A DNA stretch of 64,000 bases, taken from assembly GCA_964016885.1 (NCBI GenBank), contig OZ024755.1:43338001-43402000 (forward strand), in the 5' to 3' direction. Below are positions 9,830 through 25,300 of the stretch, piece after piece. The notes beneath the pieces are model-generated. The model was given only the letters and a program-made list of their open reading frames with translations. It had not been told where the DNA came from and made no database searches. Numbering within the stretch: the first letter of the stretch is position 1; the number at the start of each line of letters is the position of its first letter. This DNA comes from Eledone cirrhosa (lineage: Eukaryota). A program made the position numbers and the translations under genes.

Positions 9830-12800
9830 ATCTTTGCATACTCATACTATTAGAAAGAATTCCTAATCTTTGCATACTCACACTATTAGAAAGAGTTCCT
9901 AATCTAATCTTTGCCTACACACACTATTAGAAAGAGATCCTAATCTTTGCATACTCACACTATTAGAATGTTTTCCTAATCTTTGCATACTCACACTATT
10001 AGAAAGAGTTCCTAATCTTTGCATACTCACACTATTAGAAAGAGTTCCCAATCTTTGCATACTCACGCTGTTAGAAAGAGTTCCTAATCTTTGCATACTC
10101 ACACTAATAGACAGAGTTCCTAATCTTTGCCTACTAATACTATTAGAAAGAGTTCCTAATCTAATCTTTGCCTACACACACTATTAGAAAGAGATCCTAA
10201 TCTTTGCATACTCACACTATTAGAAAGAGTTCCTAATCTTTGCATACTCACACTATTAGAAAGAGTTCTTAATCTTTGCATACTCACACTATTAGAAAGA
10301 GTCCCTAATCTTTGCATAATCACACTATTAGAAAGAATTCCTAATAATTGCATACTCACACTATTAGAAAGAGCTCCTAATCTTTTCATACTCACACTAT
10401 TAGAAAGAGTTCCCAATCTTTGCATACTCACACTATTAGAAAGAGTTCCTAATCTTTGCATACTCACACTATTAGAAAGACTTCCTAATCTTTGTCTACT
10501 ATCACTATTAGAAAGAGTGCCTAATATTTGCCTACTAACACTATCACAAAGAGTTCCCAATCTTTGCCTACTCACACTATTAGAAAGAGTTCCTAATATT
10601 TGCATACTCACACTATTAGAAAGAGTTCCTAATCTTTGCATACTCACACTATTAGAAAGAGTTCCTTATCTTTTCCTACTAACACTATTAGAAAGAGTTC
10701 CTAATCTTTGCCTACTAACACTATTAGAAAGAGTTTATAATCTTTGCATACTCACACTATTAGAAAGAGTTCATAATCTTTGCATACTCGCACTACTAGA
10801 AATATATCATAATCTTTGCATACTAACACTATTAGAAAGAGTTCCCAATCTTTGCATACTCACACTATTAGAAAGAGTTCCTAATCTTTGCCTACTCACA
10901 CTATTACAAAGAGTTCCCAATCTTTGCTTACTCACACTATTAGAAAGAGTTCCTAATCTTTGCATACTCACACTATTAGAAACATTTCCTAATATTTGCA
11001 TACTCACACTATTAGAAAGAGTTCCTAATCTTTTCCTACTAACACTTATAGAAAGAGTTCCTACTAACACTATTAGAAAGAGTTCCTAATCTTTTCCTAC
11101 TAACACTATTAGAAAGCGTTCCTAATATTTGCATACTCATACTATTAGAAAGAGTTCTGAATCTTTGCATACTCACACTATTAGAAAGAGTTCTTAATTT
11201 TTGCATACTCACACTATTAGAAAGAGTTCTTAATCTTTGCATACTCACACTATTAGAAAGAGTTCCTAATCTTTCCCTCCTAACACTATTAGAAAAATTT
11301 CCTAATCTTTGCATACTCACACTATTAGAAAGACTTCCTAATCTTTGCATACTCACACTATTAGAAAGAGTTCCTAATCTTTGCATACTCACACTATTAG
11401 AAAGAGTTGCCAATCTTTGCATACTCACACTATTAGAAAGAGTTCCTAATCTTTGCACACTTACACTATTAGAAAGAGTTCCCAATCTTTGCATACTAAC
11501 ACTATTAGAAATAGTTCCTAATCTTTTCCTACTAACACTATTAGAAAGATTCCTAATCTTTGCATACTCACACTATTAGAAAGAGTTCCTAATCTTTGCA
11601 TACTCACACTATTAGAAAGAGTTCCTAATCTTTGCCTACTCACACTATTAGAAAGAGTTCCTAATCTTTGCATACTCACACTATTAGAAAGAATTCCTAA
11701 TCTTTGTCTACTATCACTATTAGAAAGAGTTCCTAATCTTTGCCTACGCACACTATTAGAAAGAGTTCCTAATCTAATCTTTGCATACTCACACTACTAG
11801 AAATATACCATAATCTTTGCATACTCACACTATTAGAAAGAGTTCCTAATCTTTGTATACTCATACTATTAGAAAGAGTTCCTAATCTTTTCTTACTAAC
11901 ACTTTTAGAAAGAGTTCCTACTAACACTATTAGAAAGAGTTCCTAATCTTTGCCTACTAACATTATTACAAAGAGTTCCCAATCTTTGCCTACTCACACT
12001 ATTAGAAAGAGTTCCTAATCTTTGCATACTCACACTATTAGAAAGAGTTCCTAATCTTTGCATACTCATACTATTAGAAAGAATTCCTAATCTTTGCATA
12101 CTCACACTATTAGAAAGAGTTCCTAATCAAATCTTTGCCTACACACACTATTAGAAAGAGATCCTAATCTTTGCATACTCACACTATTAGAATGTTTTCC
12201 TAATCTTTGCATACTCACACTATTAGAAAGAGTTCCTAATCTTTGCATACTCACACTATTAGAAAGAGTTCCCAATCTTTGCATACTCACACTGTTAGAA
12301 AGAGTTCCTAATCTTTGCATACTCACACTAATAGAAAGAGTTCCTAATCTTTGCCTACTAATACTATTAGAAAGAGTTCCTAATCTAATCTTTGCCTACA
12401 CACACTATTAGAAAGAGATCCTAATCTTTGCATACTCACACTATTAGAAAGAGTTCCTAATCTTTGCATACTCACACTATTAGAAAGAGTTCTTAATCTT
12501 TGCATACTCACACTATTAGAAAGAGTCCCTAATCTTTGTATAATCACACTATTAGAAAGAATTCCTAATAATTGCATACTCACACTATTAGAAAGAGCTC
12601 CTAATCTTTTCATACTCACACTATTAGAAAGAGTTCCCAATCTTTGCATACTCACACTATTAGAAAGAGTTCCTAATCTTTGCATACTCACACTATTAGA
12701 AAGACTTCCTAATCTTTGTCTACTATCACTATTAGAAAGAGTGCCTAATATTTGCCTACTAACACTATCACAAAGAGTTCCCAATCTTTGCCTACTCACA

Positions 12801-14270
12801 CTATTAGAAAGAGTTCCTAATATTTGCATACTCACACTATTAGAAAGAGTTCCTAATCTTTGCATACTCACACTATTAGAAAGAGTTCCTTATCTTTTCC
12901 TACTAACACTATTAGAAAGAGTTCCTAATCTTTGCCTACTAACACTATTAGAAAGAGTTTATAATCTTTGCATACTCACACTATTAGAAAGAGTTCCTAA
13001 TCTTTGTATACTCGCACTACTAGAAATATATCATAATCTTTGCATACTAACACTATTAGAAAGAGTTCCCAATCTTTGCATACTCACACTATTAGAAAGA
13101 GTTCCTAATCTTTGCCTACTCACACTATTACAAAGAGTTCCCAATCTTTGCTTACTCACACTATTAGAAAGAGTTCCTAATCTTTGCATACTCACACTAT
13201 TAGAAACATTTCCTAATATTTGCATACTCACACTATTAGAAAGAGTTCCTAATCTTTTCCTACTAACACTTATAGAAAGAGTTCCTACTAACACTATTAG
13301 AAAGAGTTCCTAATCTTTTCCTACTAACACTATTAGAAAGCGTTCCTAATATTTGCATACTCATACTATTAGAAAGAGTTCTGAATCTTTGCATACTCAC
13401 ACTATTAGAAAGAGTTCCTAATTTTTGCATACTCACACTATTAGAAAGAGTTCTTAATCTTTGCATACTCACACTATTAGAAAGAGTTCCTAATCTTTCC
13501 CTACTAACACTATTAGAAAAATTTCCTAATCTTTGCATACTCACGCTATTAGAAAGACTTCCTAATCTTTGCATACTCACACTATTAGAAAGAGTTCCTA
13601 ATCTTTGTATACTCACACTATTAGAAAGAGTTGCCAATCTTTGCATACTCACACTATTAGAAAGAGTTCCTAATCTTTGCACACTCACACTATTAGAAAG
13701 AGTTCCCAATCTTTGCATACTAACACTATTAGAAATAGTTCCTAATCTTTTCCTACTAACACTATTAGAAAGATTCCTAATCTTTGCATACTCACACTAT
13801 TAGAAAGAGTTCCTAATCTTTGCATACTCACACTATTAGAAAGAGTTCCTAATCTTTGCCTACTCACACTATTAGAAAGAGTTCCTAATCTTTGCATACT
13901 CACACTATTAGAAAGAATTCCTAATCTTTGTCTACTATCACTATTAGAAAGAGTTCCTAATCTTTGCCTACGCACACTATTAGAAAGAGTTCCTAATCTA
14001 ATCTTTGCATACTCACACTACTAGAAATATACCATAATCTTTGCATACTCACACTATTAGAAAGAGTTCCTAATCTTTGTATACTCATACTATTAGAAAG
14101 AGTTCCTAATCTTTTCTTACTAACACTTTTAGAAAGAGTTCCTACTAACACTATTAGAAAGAGTTCCTAATCTTTGCCTACTAACATTATTACAAAGAGT
14201 TCCCAATCTTTGCCTACTCACACTATTAGAAAGAGTTCCTAATCTTTGCATACTCACACTATTAGAAAGA
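9830..14270. repeat. Tandem higher-order repeat, 2 x 2224 bp (62 monomers)
   Basis: Pseudo-ORF pairs 9899/12123, 10156/12380, 10517/12741, 11039/13263 and 11518/13742 all differ by 2224. Arithmetic check: 62x36 +3x5 -2x11 -1 = 2224. Confidence 0.9.
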
Positions 14271-17200
14271 GTTCCTAATATTTGCATACTCACACTATTA
14301 GAAAGAGTTCCTAATCTTTTCCTACTAACACTTTCAGAAAGAGTTCCTTATCTTTTCCTACTAACACTATTAGAAAGAGTTCCTAATCTTTGCATACTCA
14401 CACTATTAGAAAGAGTTCCTAATCTTTGCCTACTCACACTATTAGAAAGAGTTCCTAATCTTTGCATACTCACACTATTAGAAAGAATTCCTAATCTTTG
14501 TCTACTATCACTATTAGAAAGAGTTCCTAATCTTTGCCTACGCACACTATTAGAAAGAGTTCCTAATCTAATCTTTGCATACTCACACTACTAGAAATAT
14601 ACCATAATCTTTGCATACTCACACTATTAGAAAGAGTTCCTAATCTTTGTATACTCATACTATTAGAAAGAGTTCCTAATCTTTGCCTACTAACATTATT
14701 ACAAAGAGTTCCCAATCTTTGCCTACTCACACTATTAGAAAGAGTTCCTAATCTTTGCATACTCACACTATTAGAAAGAGTTCCTAATCTTTGCATACTC
14801 ATACTATTAGAAAGAATTCCTAATCTTTGCATACTCACACTATTAGAAAGAGTTCCTAATCTAATCTTTGCCTACACACACTATTAGAAAGAGATCCTAA
14901 TCTTTGCATACTCACACTATTAGAATGTTTTCCTAATCTTTGCATACTCACACTATTAGAAAGAGTTCCTAATCTTTGCATACTCACACTATTAGAAAGA
15001 GTTCCCAATCTTTGCATACTCACGCTGTTAGAAAGAGTTCCTAATCTTTGCATACTCACACTAATAGAAAGAGTTCCTAATCTTTGCCTACTAATACTAT
15101 TAGAAAGAGTTCCTAATCTAATCTTTGCCTACACACACTATTAGAAAGAGATCCTAATCTTTGCATACTCACACTATTAGAAAGAGTTCCTAATCTTTGC
15201 ATACTCACACTATTAGAAAGAGTTCTTAATCTTTGCATACTCACACTATTAGAAAGAGTCCCTAATCTTTGCATAATCACACTATTAGAAAGAATTCCTA
15301 ATAATTGCATACTCATACTATTAGAAAGAGCTCCTAATCTTTTCATACTCACACTATTAGAAAGAGTTCCCAATCTTTGCATACTCACACTATTAGAAAG
15401 AGTTCCTAATCTTTGCATACTCACACTATTAGAAAGACTTCCTAATCTTTGTCTACTATCACTATTAGAAAGAGTGCCTAATATTTGCCTACTAACACTA
15501 TCACAAAGAGTTCCCAATCTTTGCCTACTCACACTATTAGAAAGAGTTCCTAATATTTGCATACTCACACTATTAGAAAGAGTTCCTAATCTTTGCATAC
15601 TCACACTATTAGAAAGAGTTCCTTATCTTTTCCTACTAACACTATTAGAAAGAGTTCCTAATCTTTGCCTACTAACACTATTAGAAAGAGTTTATAATCT
15701 TTGCATACTCACACTATTAGAAAGAGTTCCTAATCTTTGCATACTCGCACTACTAGAAATATATCATAATCTTTGCATACTAACACTATTAGAAAGAGTT
15801 CCCAATCTTTGCATACTCACACTATTAGAAAGAGTTCCTAATCTTTGCCTACTCACACTATTACAAAGAGTTCCCAATCTTTGCTTACTCACACTATTAG
15901 AAAGAGTTCCTAACCTTTGCATACTCACACTATTAGAAACATTTCCTAATATTTGCATACTCACACTATTAGAAAGAGTTCCTAATCTTTTCCTACTAAC
16001 ACTTATAGAAAGAGTTCCTACTAACACTATTAGAAAGAGTTCCTAATCTTTTCCTACTAACACTATTAGAAAGCGTTCCTAATATTTGCATACTCATACT
16101 ATTAGAAAGAGTTCTGAATCTTTGCATACTCACACTATTAGAAAGAGTTCCTAATTTTTGCATACTCACACTATTAGAAAGAGTTCTGAATCTTTGCATA
16201 CTCACACTAATAGAAAGAGTTCCTAATCTTTGCCTACTAATACTATTAGAAAGAGTTCCTAATCTAATCTTTGCCTACACACACTATTAGAAAGAGATCC
16301 TAATCTTTGCATACTCACACTATTAGAAAGAGTTCCTAATCTTTGCATACTCACACTATTAGAAAGAGTTCTTAATCTTTGCATACTCACACTATTAGAA
16401 AGAGTCCCTAATCTTTGCATAATCACACTATTAGAAAGAATTCCTAATAATTGCATACTCACACTATTAGAAAGAGCTCCTAATCTTTTCATACTCACAC
16501 TATTAGAAAGAGTTCCCAATCTTTGCATACTCACACTATTAGAAAGAGTTCCTAATCTTTGCATACTCACACTATTAGAAAGACTTCCTAATCTTTGTCT
16601 ACTATCACTATTAGAAAGAGTGCCTAATATTTGCCTACTAACACTATCACAAAGAGTTCCCAATCTTTGCCTACTCACACTATTAGAAAGAGTTCCTAAT
16701 ATTTGCATACTCACACTATTAGAAAGAGTTCTGAATCTTTGCATACTCACACTATTAGAAAGAGTTCCTTATCTTTTCCTACTAACACTATTAGAAAGAG
16801 TTCCCAATCTTTGCATACTCACACTATTAGAAAGAGTTCCTAATCTTTGCATACTCAGACTAATAGAAAGAGTTCCCAATCTTTGCATACTCACACTATT
16901 AGAAAGAGTTCCTAATCTTTGCATACTCACACTATTAGAATGTTTTCCTAATCTTTGCATACTCACACTATTAGAAAGAGTTCCTAATCTTTGCATACTC
17001 ACACTATTAGAAAGAGTTCCCAATCTTTGCATACTCACACTATTGGAAAGAGTTCCTAATCTTTGCATACTCAGACTAATAGAAAGAGTTCCTAATCTTT
17101 GCCTACTAATACTATTAGAAAGAGTTCCTAATCTTTGCATACTCACACTATTAGAAAGAGTTCCTAATCTTTGCCTACGCACACTATTAGAAAGAGTTCC

Positions 17201-19324
17201 TAATCTTTTCTTACTAACACTTTTAGAAAGAGTTCCTACTAACACTATTAGAAAGAGTTCCTAATCTTTTCCTACTAACACTTTCAGAAAGAGTTCCTTA
17301 TCTTTTCCTACTAACACTATTAGAAAGAGTTCCTAATCTTCGCCTACTAACACTATTAGAAAGAGTTCCCAATCTTTGCATACTCACACTATTAGAAAGA
17401 GTTCCTAATCTTTGCATACTCACACTATTAGAAAGAGTTCCTAATCTTTGTCTACTATCACTATTAGAAAGAGTTCCTAATCTTTGCCTACTCACACTAT
17501 TACAAAGAGTTCCCAATCTTTGCCTACTCACACTATTAGAAAGAGTTCCTAATCTTTGCATACTCACACTATTAGAAAGAGTTCCTAATCTAATCTTTGC
17601 CTAATCACACTATTAGAAAGAATTCCTAATCTTTGCATACTCACACTATTAGAAAGAGTTCCTAATCTTTGCATACTCGCACTACTAGAAATATATCATA
17701 ATCTTTGCATACTAACACTATTAGAAAGAGTTCCCAATCTTTGCATACTCACACTATTAGAAAGAGTTCCTAATCTTTGCCTACTCACACTATTACAAAG
17801 AGTTACCAATCTTTGCTTACTCACACTATTAGAAAGAGTTCCTAATCTTTGCATACTCACACTATTAGAAACATTTCCTAATATTTGCATACTCACACTA
17901 TTAGAAAGAGTTCCTAATCTTTTCCTACTAACACTTATAGAAAGAGTTCCTACTAACACTATTAGAAAGAGTTCCTAATCTTTTCCTACTAACACTATTA
18001 GAAAGCGTTCCTAATATTTGCATACTCATACTATTAGAAAGAGTTCTGAATCTTTGCATACTCACACTATTAGAAAGAGTTCCTAATTTTTGCATACTCA
18101 CACTATTAGAAAGAGTTCTTAATCTTTGCATACTCACACTATTAGAAAGAGTTCCTAATCTTTCCCTACTAACACTATTAGAAAAATTTCCTAATCTTTG
18201 CATACTCACGCTATTAGAAAGACTTCCTAATCTTTGCATACTCACACTATTAGAAAGAGTTCCTAATCTTTGCATACTTATACTATTAGAAAGAGTTGCC
18301 AATCTTTGCATACTCACACTATTAGAAAGAGTTCCTAACCTTTGCACACTCACACTATTAGAAAGAGTTCCCAATCTTTGCATACTAACACTATTAGAAA
18401 TAGTTCCTAATCTTTTCCTACTAACACTATTAGAAAGATTCCTAATCTTTGCATACTCACACTATTAGAAAGAGTTCCTAATCTTTGCATACTCACACTA
18501 TTAGAAAGAGTTCCTAATCTTTGCATACTCACACTATTAGAAAGAATTCCTAATCTTTGTCTACTATCACTATTAGAAAGAGTTCCTAATCTTTGCCTAC
18601 GCACACTATTAGAAAGAGTTCCTAATCTAATCTTTGCATACTCACACTACTAGAAATATACCATAATCTTTGCATACTCACACTATTAGAAAGAGTTCCT
18701 AATCTTTGTATACTCATACTATTAGAAAGAGTTCCTAATCTTTTCTTACTAACACTTTTAGAAAGAGTTCCTACTAACACTATTAGAAAGAGTTCCTAAT
18801 CTTTGCCTACTAACATTATTACAAAGAGTTCCCAATCTTTGCCTACTCACACTATTAGAAAGAGTTCCTAATCTTTGCATACTCACACTATTAGAAAGAG
18901 TTCCTAATATTTGCATACTCACACTATTAGAAAGAGTTCCTAATCTTTTCCTACTAACACTTTCAGAAAGAGTTCCTTATCTTTTCCTACTAACACTATT
19001 AGAAAGAGTTCCCAATCTTTGCCTACGCACACTATTAGAAAGAGTTCCTAATCTTTGTATACTCATACTATTAGAAAGAGTTCCTAATCTTTTCTTACTA
19101 ACACTTTTAGAAAGAGTTCCTACTAACACTATTAGAAAGAGTTCCTAATCTTTGCCTACTAACATTATTACAAAGAGTTCCCAATCTTTGCCTACTCACA
19201 CTATTAGAAAGAGTTCCTAATCTTTGCATACTCACACTATTAGAAAGAGTTCCTAATCTTTGCATACTCATACTATTAGAAAGAATTCCTAATCTTTGCA
19301 TACTCACACTATTAGAAAGAGTTC

Positions 19325-22300
19325 CTAATCTAATCTTTGCCTACACACACTATTAGAAAGAGATCCTAATCTTTGCATACTCACACTATTAGAATGTTTT
19401 CCTAATCTTCGCATACTCACACTATTAGAAAGAGTTCCTAATCTTTGCATACTCACACTATTAGAAAGAGTTCCCAATCTTTGCATACTCACGCTGTTAG
19501 AAAGAGTTCCTAATCTTTGCATACTCACACTAATAGAAAGAGTTCCTAATCTTTGCCTACTAATACTATTAGAAATAGTTCCTAATCTAATCTTTGCCTA
19601 CACACGCTATTAGAAAGAGATCCTAATCTTTGCATACTCACACTATTAGAAAGAGTTCCTAATCTTTGCATACTCACACTATTAGAAAGAGTTCTTAATC
19701 TTTGCATACTCACACTATTAGAAAGAGTCCCTAATCTTTGCATAATCACACTATTAGAAAGAATTCCTAATAATTGCATACTCATACTATTAGAAAGAGC
19801 TCCTAATCTTTTCATACTCACACTATTAGAAAGAGTTCCCAATCTTTGCATACTCACACTATTAGAAAGAGTTCCTAATCTTTGCATACTCACACTATTA
19901 GAAAGACTTCCTAATCTTTGTCTACTATCACTATTAGAAAGAGTGCCTAATATTTGCCTACTAACACTATCACAAAGAGTTCCCAATCTTTGCCTACTCA
20001 CACTATTAGAAAGAGTTCCTAATATTTGCATACTCACACTATTAGAAAGAGTTCCTAATCTTTGCATACTCACACTATTAGAAAGAGTTCCTTATCTTTT
20101 CCTACTAACACTATTAGAAAGCGTTCCTAATCTTTGCCTACTAACACTATTAGAAAGAGTTTATAATCTTTGCATACTCACACTATTAGAAAGAGTTCCT
20201 AATCTTTGCATACTCGCACTACTAGAAATATATCATAATCTTTGCATACTAACACTATTAGAAAGAGTTCCCAATCTTTGCATACTCACACTATTAGAAA
20301 GAGTTCCTAATCTTTGCCTACTCACACTATTACAAAGAGTTCCCAATCTTTGCTTACTCACACTATTAGAAAGAGTTCCTAACCTTTGCATACTCACACT
20401 ATTAGAAACATTTCCTAATATTTGCATACTCACACTATTAGAAAGAGTTCCTAATCTTTTCCTACGAACACTTATAGAAAGAGTTCCTACTAACACTATT
20501 AGAAAGAGTTCCTAATCTTTTCCTACTAACACTATTAGAAAGCGTTCCTAATATTTGCATACTCATACTATTAGAAAGAGTTCTGAATCTTTGCATACTC
20601 ACACTATTAGAAAGAGTTCCTAATTTTTGCATACTCACACTATTAGAAAGAGTTCTGAATCTTTGCATACTCACACTAATAGAAAGAGTTTTTAATCTTT
20701 GCCTACTAATACTATTAGAAAGAGTTCCTAATCTAATCTTTGCCTACACACACTATTAGAAAGAGATCCTAATCTTTGCATACTCACACTATTAGAAAGA
20801 GTTCCTAATCTTTGCATACTCACACTATTAGAAAGAGTTCTTAATCTTTGCATACTCACACTATTAGAAAGAGTCCCTAATCTTTGCATAATCACACTAT
20901 TAGAAAGAATTCCTAATAATTGCATACTCACACTATTAGAAAGAGCTCCTAATCTTTTCATACTCACACTATTAGAAAGAGTTCCCAATCTTTGCATACT
21001 CACACTATTAGAAAGAGTTCCTAATCTTTGCATACTCACACTATTAGAAAGACTTCCTAATCTTTGTCTACTATCACTATTAGAAAGAGTGCCTAATATT
21101 TGCCTACTAACACTATCACAAAGAGTTCCCAATCTTTGCCTACTCACACTATTAGAAAGAGTTCCTAATATTTGCATACTCACACTATTAGAAAGAGTTC
21201 CTAATCTTTGCATACTCACACTATTAGAAAGAGTTCCTTATCTTTTCCTACTAACACTATTAGAAAGAGTTCCTAATCTTTGCCTACTAACACTATTAGA
21301 AAGAGTTTATAATCTTTGCATACTCACACTATTAGAAAGAGTTCCTAATCTTTGCATACTCGCACTACTAGAAATATATCATAATCTTTGCATACTAACA
21401 CTATTAGAAAGAGTTCCCAATCTTTGCATACTCACACTATTAGAAAGAGTTCCTAATCTTTGCCTACTCACACTATTACAAAGAGTTCCCAATCTTTGCT
21501 TACTCACACTATTAGAAAGAGTTCCTAACCTTTGCATACTCACACTATTAGAAACATTTCCTAATATTTGCATACTCACACTATTAGAAAGAGTTCCTAA
21601 TCTTTTCCTACTAACACTTATAGAAAGAGTTCCTACTAACACTATTAGAAAGAGTTCCTAATCTTTTCCTACTAACACTATTAGAAAGCGTTCCTAATAT
21701 TTGCATACTCATACTATTAGAAAGAGTTCTGAATCTTTGCATACTCACACTATTAGAAAGAGTTCCTAATTTTTGCATACTCACACTATTAGAAAGAGTT
21801 CTTAATCTTTGCATACTCACACTATTAGAAAGAGTTCCTAATCTTTCCCTACTAACACTATTAGAAAAATTTCCTAATCTTTGCATACTCACGCTATTAG
21901 AAAGACTTCCTAATCTTTGCATACTCACACTATTAGAAAGAGTTCCTAATCTTTGCATACTCACACTATTAGAAAGAGTTGCCAATCTTTGCATACTCAC
22001 ACTATTAGAAAGAGTTCCTAATCTTTGCACACTCACACTATTAGAAAGAGTTCCCAATCTTTGCATACTAACACTATTAGAAATAGTTCCTAATCTTTTC
22101 CTACTAACACTATTAGAAAGATTCCTAATCTTTGCATACTCACACTATTAGAAAGAGTTCCTAATCTTTGCATACTCACACTATTAGAAAGAGTTCCTAA
22201 TCTTTGCCTACTCACACTATTAGAAAGAGTTCCTAATCTTTGCATACTCACACTATTAGAAAGAATTCCTAATCTTTGTCTACTATCACTATTAGAAAGA

Positions 22301-25300
22301 GTTCCTAATCTTTGCCTACGCACACTATTAGAAAGAGTTCCTAATCTAATCTTTGCATACTCACACTACTAGAAATATACCATAATCTTTGCATACTCAC
22401 ACTATTAGAAAGAGTTCCTAATCTTTGTATACTCATACTATTAGAAAGAGTTCCTAATCTTTTCTCACTAACACTTTTAGAAAGAGTTCCTACTAACACT
22501 ATTAGAAAGAGTTCCTAATCTTTGCCTACTAACATTATTACAAAGAGTTCCCAATCTTTGCCTACTCACACTATTAGAAAGAGTTCCTAATCTTTGCATA
22601 CTCACACTATTAGAAAGAGTTCCTAATATTTGCATACTCACACTATTAGAAAGAGTTCCTAATCTTTTCCTACTAACACTTTCAGAAAGAGTTCCTTATC
22701 TTTTCCTACTAACACTATTAGAAAGAATTCCTAATCTTCGCCTACTAACACTATTAGAAAGAGTTCCTAATCTTTTCTTACTAACACTTTTAGAAAGAGT
22801 TCCTACTAACACTATTAGAAAGAGTTCCTAATCTTTGCCTACTCACACTATTACAAAGAGTTCCCAATCTTTGCCTACTCACACTATTAGAAAGAGTTCC
22901 TAATCTTTGCATACTCACACTATTAGAAAGAGTTCCTAATATTTGCATACTCATACTATTAGAAAGAGTTCCTAATCTTTGCATACTCACACAATTAGAA
23001 ACAGTTCCTAATCTAATCTTTGCCTACTCACACTATTAGAAAGTGTTCCTGACCTTTGCATACTCACACTATTAGAAAAAGATCACCATTTGCCTACTCA
23101 CACTATTAGAAAGAGTTCCTAATCTTTGCATACTCACACTATTAGAAAGAGTTCCTAATCTAATGTTTGCCTACACACACTATTAGAAAGAGATCCTAAT
23201 CTTTGCATACTCACACTATTAGAATGTTTTCCTAATCTTTGCATACTCACACTATTAGAAAGAGTTCCTAATCTTAGCATACTCACACTATTAGAAAGAG
23301 TTCCCAATCTTTGCATACTCACACTATTAGAAAGAGTTCCTAATCTTTGCATACTCAGACTAATAGAAAGAGTTCCCAATCTTTGCATACTCACACTATT
23401 AGAAAGAGTTCCTAATCTTTGCATACTCACACTATTAGAATGTTTTCCTAATCTTTGCATACTCACACTATTAGAAAGAGTTCCTAATCTTTGCATACTC
23501 ACACTATTAGAAAGAGTTCCCAATCTTTGCATACTCACACTATTGGAAAGAGTTCCTAATCTTTGCATACTCAGACTAATAGAAAGAGTTCCTAATCTTT
23601 GCCTACTAATACTATTAGAAAGAGTTCCTAATCTTTGCATACTCACACTATTAGAAAGAGTTCCTAATCTTTGCCTACGCACACTATTAGAAAGAGTTCC
23701 TAATCTTTTCTTACTAACACTTTTAGAAAGAGTTATTAATCTTTGCATACTCGCACTACTAGAAATATATCATAATCTTTGCATACTAACACTATTAGAA
23801 AGAGTTCCCAATCTTTGCATACTCACACTATTAGAAAGAGTTCCTAATCTTTGCCTACTCACACTATTACAAAGAGTTCCCAATCTTTGCTTACTCACAC
23901 TATTAGAAAGAGTTCCTAACCTTTGCATACTCACACTATTAGAAACATTTCCTAATATTTGCATACTCACACTATTAGAAAGAGTTCCTAATCTTTTCCT
24001 ACTAACACTTATAGAAAGAGTTCCTACTAACACTATTAGAAAGAGTTCCTAATCTTTTCCTACTAACACTATTAGAAAGCGTTCCTAATATTTGCATACT
24101 CATACTATTAGAAAGAGTTCTGAATCTTTGCATACTCACACTATTAGAAAGAGTTCCTAATTTTTGCATACTCACACTATTAGAAAGAGTTCTTAATCTT
24201 TGCATACTCACACTATTAGAAAGAGTTCCTAATCTTTCCCTACTAACACTATTAGAAAAATTTCCTAATCTTTGCATACTCACGCTATTAGAAAGACTTC
24301 CTAATCTTTGCATACTCACACTATTAGAAAGAGTTCCTAATCTTTGCATACTCACACTATTAGAAAGAGTTGCCAATCTTTGCATACTCACACTATTAGA
24401 AAGAGTTCCTAATCTTTGCACACTCACACTATTAGAAAGAGTTCCCAATCTTTGCATACTAACACTATTAGAAATAGTTCCTAATCTTTTCCTACTAACA
24501 CTATTAGAAAGATTCCTAATCTTTGCATACTCACACTATTAGAAAGAGTTCCTAATCTTTGCATACTCACACTATTAGAAAGAGTTCCTAATCTTTGCCT
24601 ACTCACACTATTAGAAAGAGTTCCTAATCTTTGCATACTCACACTATTAGAAAGAATTCCTAATCTTTGTCTACTATCACTATTAGAAAGAGTTCCTAAT
24701 CTTTGCCTACGCACACTATTAGAAAGAGATCCTAATCTTTGCATACTCACACTATTAGAAAGTTTTCCTAATCTTTGCCTACTCACACTATTAGAAAGAG
24801 TTCCCAATCTTTGCATACTCACACTATTAGAAAGAGTTCCTAATCTTTGCAAACTCACACTATTAGAAAGTGTTCCTAATCTAATCTTTGCCTACACACA
24901 CTATTAGAAAGAGATCCTAATCTTTGCATACTCACACTATTAGAATGTTTTCCTAATCTTCGCATACTCACACTATTAGAAAGAGTTCCTAATCTTTGCA
25001 TACTCACACTATTAGAAAGAGTTCCCAATCTTTGCATACTCACGCTGTTAGAAAGAGTTCCTAATCTTTGCATACTCACACTAATAGAAAGAGTTCCTAA
25101 TCTTTGCCTACTAATACTATTAGAAATAGTTCCTAATCTAATCTTTGCCTACACACGCTATTAGAAAGAGATCCTAATCTTTGCATACTCACACTATTAG
25201 AAAGAGTTCCTAATCTTTGCATACTCACACTATTAGAAAGAGTTCTTAATCTTTGCATACTCACACTATTAGAAAGAGTCCCTAATCTTTGCATAATCAC